A stretch of DNA of 28,639 bases from Erysipelotrichia bacterium (GTDB taxonomy: Bacteria; Bacillota_I; Bacilli_A; RFN20; CAG-826). The translations under genes and the position numbers were made by a program. The notes under the pieces are model-generated. The model worked only from the letters and a program-made list of their open reading frames with translations, searched no databases and was not told the DNA's origin. Positions within the stretch are counted from its first letter, which is position 1, and each line of letters starts with the position of its first letter. Below, piece after piece: positions 26,925 to 28,639 of this stretch. The stretch covers positions 1 to 28,639 of the forward strand of contig JAAZFO010000065.1 in assembly GCA_012511695.1 (NCBI GenBank), written 5' to 3'.

Positions 26925-27653
26925 TTATTTAGTAGCTTCAGCCGCTGGCGACGCTTCGGTTGCAGCAGCTTCAGCGATCACTGGAGTGCGATCAATTAAC
27001 TTTTTAACTTTTTCTGGATTTTTAACATCTTTAATTGCCGATCTAATGGTGACAATACCCTTACGTGGGCCTGGGACACCGCCTTTGATTAAGATGTAGT
27101 TTTTTTCAGCATCAACAGCGATAACTAATTGGTTGTGTATTGTAGATGATTTGTTGCCATGGTGGCCAGCCATACGTTTGCCTGGCATAACACCGTGATT
27201 ATAACGACCGTTATTAGCAAACGAGCCGTGGCCTCGATGGAAAGTTGAGCCGTGGCTTCTAGGACCGATAGATTGATTCCAACGTTTGATAACACCAGTA
27301 AATCCGTGGCCTTTAGAAGTGCCGATCACATCGACAACATCTCCGACTTGGAAGAGGTCGGCTTTAATCTCATCACCGAGTTGGAATTTTGCCATTTCAT
27401 CCCCCTTTAATTCTTTATGAACTTGATGTGGGACTGTATTGGCTTTTTTAGCAATGCCTTTTTCTGGTTTGTTGGCTCTAGATTCTTTTAATTCTTCATA
27501 ACCAACTTGAATAGCGGCATAACCATCTGTTTCGATAGTTTTAACTTGTGTGACGACGTTTGGTAAGACTTCAACGACCGTCACTGCATAGATTTGTCCA
27601 TCTTCAGCGAAGACTTGTGTCATGCCCATTTTACGGCCAATAATTGCTTTCAT
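26925..27653 (-). CDS. rplC: 50S ribosomal protein uL3 with C-terminal extension
   Basis: GRKMGMTQVF, DGYAAIQ, SKGHGFTG, PGKRMAGH, KGGVPG. Confidence 0.99.
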   Translation of the reverse strand: MKAIIGRKMGMTQVFAEDGQIYAVTVVEVLPNVVTQVKTIETDGYAAIQVGYEELKESRANKPEKGIAKKANTVPHQVHKELKGDEMAKFQLGDEIKADLFQVGDVVDVIGTSKGHGFTGVIKRWNQSIGPRSHGSTFHRGHGSFANNGRYNHGVMPGKRMAGHHGNKSSTIHNQLVIAVDAEKNYILIKGGVPGPRKGIVTIRSAIKDVKNPEKVKKLIDRTPVIAEAAATEASPAAEATK

Positions 27654-27667
27654 GAATTCTTACCTCC

Positions 27668-27979
27668 TTATAACTTAATTTCGATATCAACACCAGCAGG
27701 TAGATCTAGATTCTTCAACGAATCAATAGTTGCCTTGCGGTAATTACGGATATCAATGATTCTCTTGTGTGTTCTGATTTCGAATTGTTCACGAGAATCT
27801 TTATCTTTGTGAACAGCTCTTAAGATTGTATACACTTGTCTTTCCGTTGGGAGCGGAATTGGTCCGACAACTGTTGCACCAGTATTTTTCGCTGCGGTAA
27901 TAATCTTTTCAGCACTTGAATCTAAACTGACATGATCATACGCCTTCAGACGAACCCTAATTTTGGTTGCTTTTGCCAT
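27668..27979 (-). CDS. rpsJ: 30S ribosomal protein uS10
   Basis: [35 protein letters not shown]. Confidence 0.99.
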   Translation of the reverse strand: MAKATKIRVRLKAYDHVSLDSSAEKIITAAKNTGATVVGPIPLPTERQVYTILRAVHKDKDSREQFEIRTHKRIIDIRNYRKATIDSLKNLDLPAGVDIEIKL

Positions 27980-28108
27980 GAATTAACTTTCCTCCTATCA
28001 CTTTAGGTTTTGACAATAGCTCTCTTAATGCGAATTACCTGAATACACCTTCATGACAACGCCTGTGGGTGTATCAGCAACCTCGCACATCAACGCGAAC
28101 CGTCAACG
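27980..28108 (-). ncRNA. Structured S10 (rpsJ) 5' leader, Firmicutes type
   Basis: About 128-nt leader containing GAGGTTGCTGATACACC-N18-GGTGTATTCAGG, a long imperfect stem spanning 28028-28088. It resembles the B. subtilis rpsJ leader as I recall it (not aligned here). Confidence 0.7.
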
Positions 28109-28114
28109 TTTTAT

Positions 28115-28143
28115 ATCATACATTTACGCGTATACACTGTCAA
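28115..28143 (-). promoter_or_regulatory. Sigma-A promoter of the S10-spc-alpha cluster
   Basis: TTGACA-17 nt-TATGAT, with an AT-rich upstream (UP-like) tract. Confidence 0.9.
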
Positions 28144-28230
28144 CTATTATTTAATAAATATAATAACAAGTAGAAAATGATAAAAAATAAAGAAATATTT
28201 AATGAGTTTTTTAGGACTTAAATTTAAGTA

Positions 28231-28267
28231 AAAAATGGAAAAAGGGCACTTTTGACCCTTCATTTTT
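28231..28267 (-). terminator. Probable intrinsic terminator insulating the S10 promoter
   Basis: Minus strand AAGGG-TCAAAAGTG-CCCTT followed by TTTCCATTTTT. Confidence 0.5.
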
Positions 28268-28327
28268 GCATTTATCAAAGAAAAAAGATCTTATTTTACT
28301 TAAAAACAGCACTTAGATTTTAATGAA

Positions 28328-28540
28328 TCAAAGTTGACAGCTTGCAAAAAGGGCCAGATCTTCATTTTCTTCGGTGATAAGCATTACTGTAAAATTCCAT
28401 TTGTTTAGGTATTCAACTTCGCTATACCAACCAGTAAAGTCATAACCTTCTAAAATAGGAATGGCGGCTCAAAAATCACCATTTTCGATATTGTCAAGCG
28501 GTAAAACCCTCCATTATCGGCAAGAAAATAATTATTTATA
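28328..28540 (-). pseudogene. Degraded InlB B-repeat (Listeria-Bacteroides repeat) gene remnant
   Basis: IPILEGYDFTGWYSEVEYLNKWNF..DLALFASC matches the P..EGYxFxGWY..W.F..L(Y/F)AxW signature. In-frame TGA at 28469-28471 and an apparent frameshift after DNGG near 28515. Confidence 0.6.
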
Positions 28541-28639
28541 AAATTGATACTAGCAGGAGCCAATAATTTGGATTATTTCAGTTTAATCCTTGATAGAAAA
28601 TTGACATCCGCAATAGCGCTGAAAATACAAACCGTGTTC

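Noticed and set aside
1821-26932. The remaining 60-160 aa alternative-frame and antisense ORFs in the track
   Set aside because: All overlap confidently identified genes and show no motifs or ribosome-binding sites.
326-27979. Genetic code 4 (UGA=Trp)
   Set aside because: Long Trp-containing ORFs are open under code 11, and the Trp codons inspected are TGG.
5985-28267. Similar ATGAA(A)GGGTC arm in the hairpins at about 6008-6018 and 28254-28263, suggesting a REP-like family
   Set aside because: Only about 10 nt match, there are two copies, and the loops and other arms differ. Chance cannot be excluded.

Overview
AT-rich Bacillota (class Bacilli) chromosome segment, read with genetic code 11 (Trp codons inspected are TGG). 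The divergent ribosomal proteins and loss of L30 suggest an uncultured Mollicutes-adjacent lineage such as RFN20/RF39; this is inference only. The left part (about 0.3-12.6 kb) is an anaerobic NADH-balancing cluster. It has rex-adhE and hydC-hydB-hydA (trimeric group A3 [FeFe]-hydrogenase) running into cysS on the minus strand, a divergent 2-enoate-reductase-family flavoenzyme on the plus strand, and gpsA. hydA has an in-frame TGA at a conserved Arg (2800-2802), and its 3' end runs through an intrinsic terminator into the cysS start. The right part (12.75-28.0 kb) is a complete S10-spc-alpha ribosomal protein superoperon (rpsJ to rplQ, 29 genes including the unlisted rpmJ, no rpmD), with a consensus sigma-A promoter and a structured S10 leader. 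The most striking feature is a set of low-complexity terminal extensions on ribosomal proteins. uL5 has a 170-aa Lys/Ala/Glu/Pro histone-H1-like N-terminal tail, uL22 has a 56-aa tail of the same type, and uS5, uS17, uL3 and uL23 have shorter tails. A degraded InlB B-repeat gene remnant lies at the right edge. No rRNA, tRNA, CRISPR array or mobile element was recognised.
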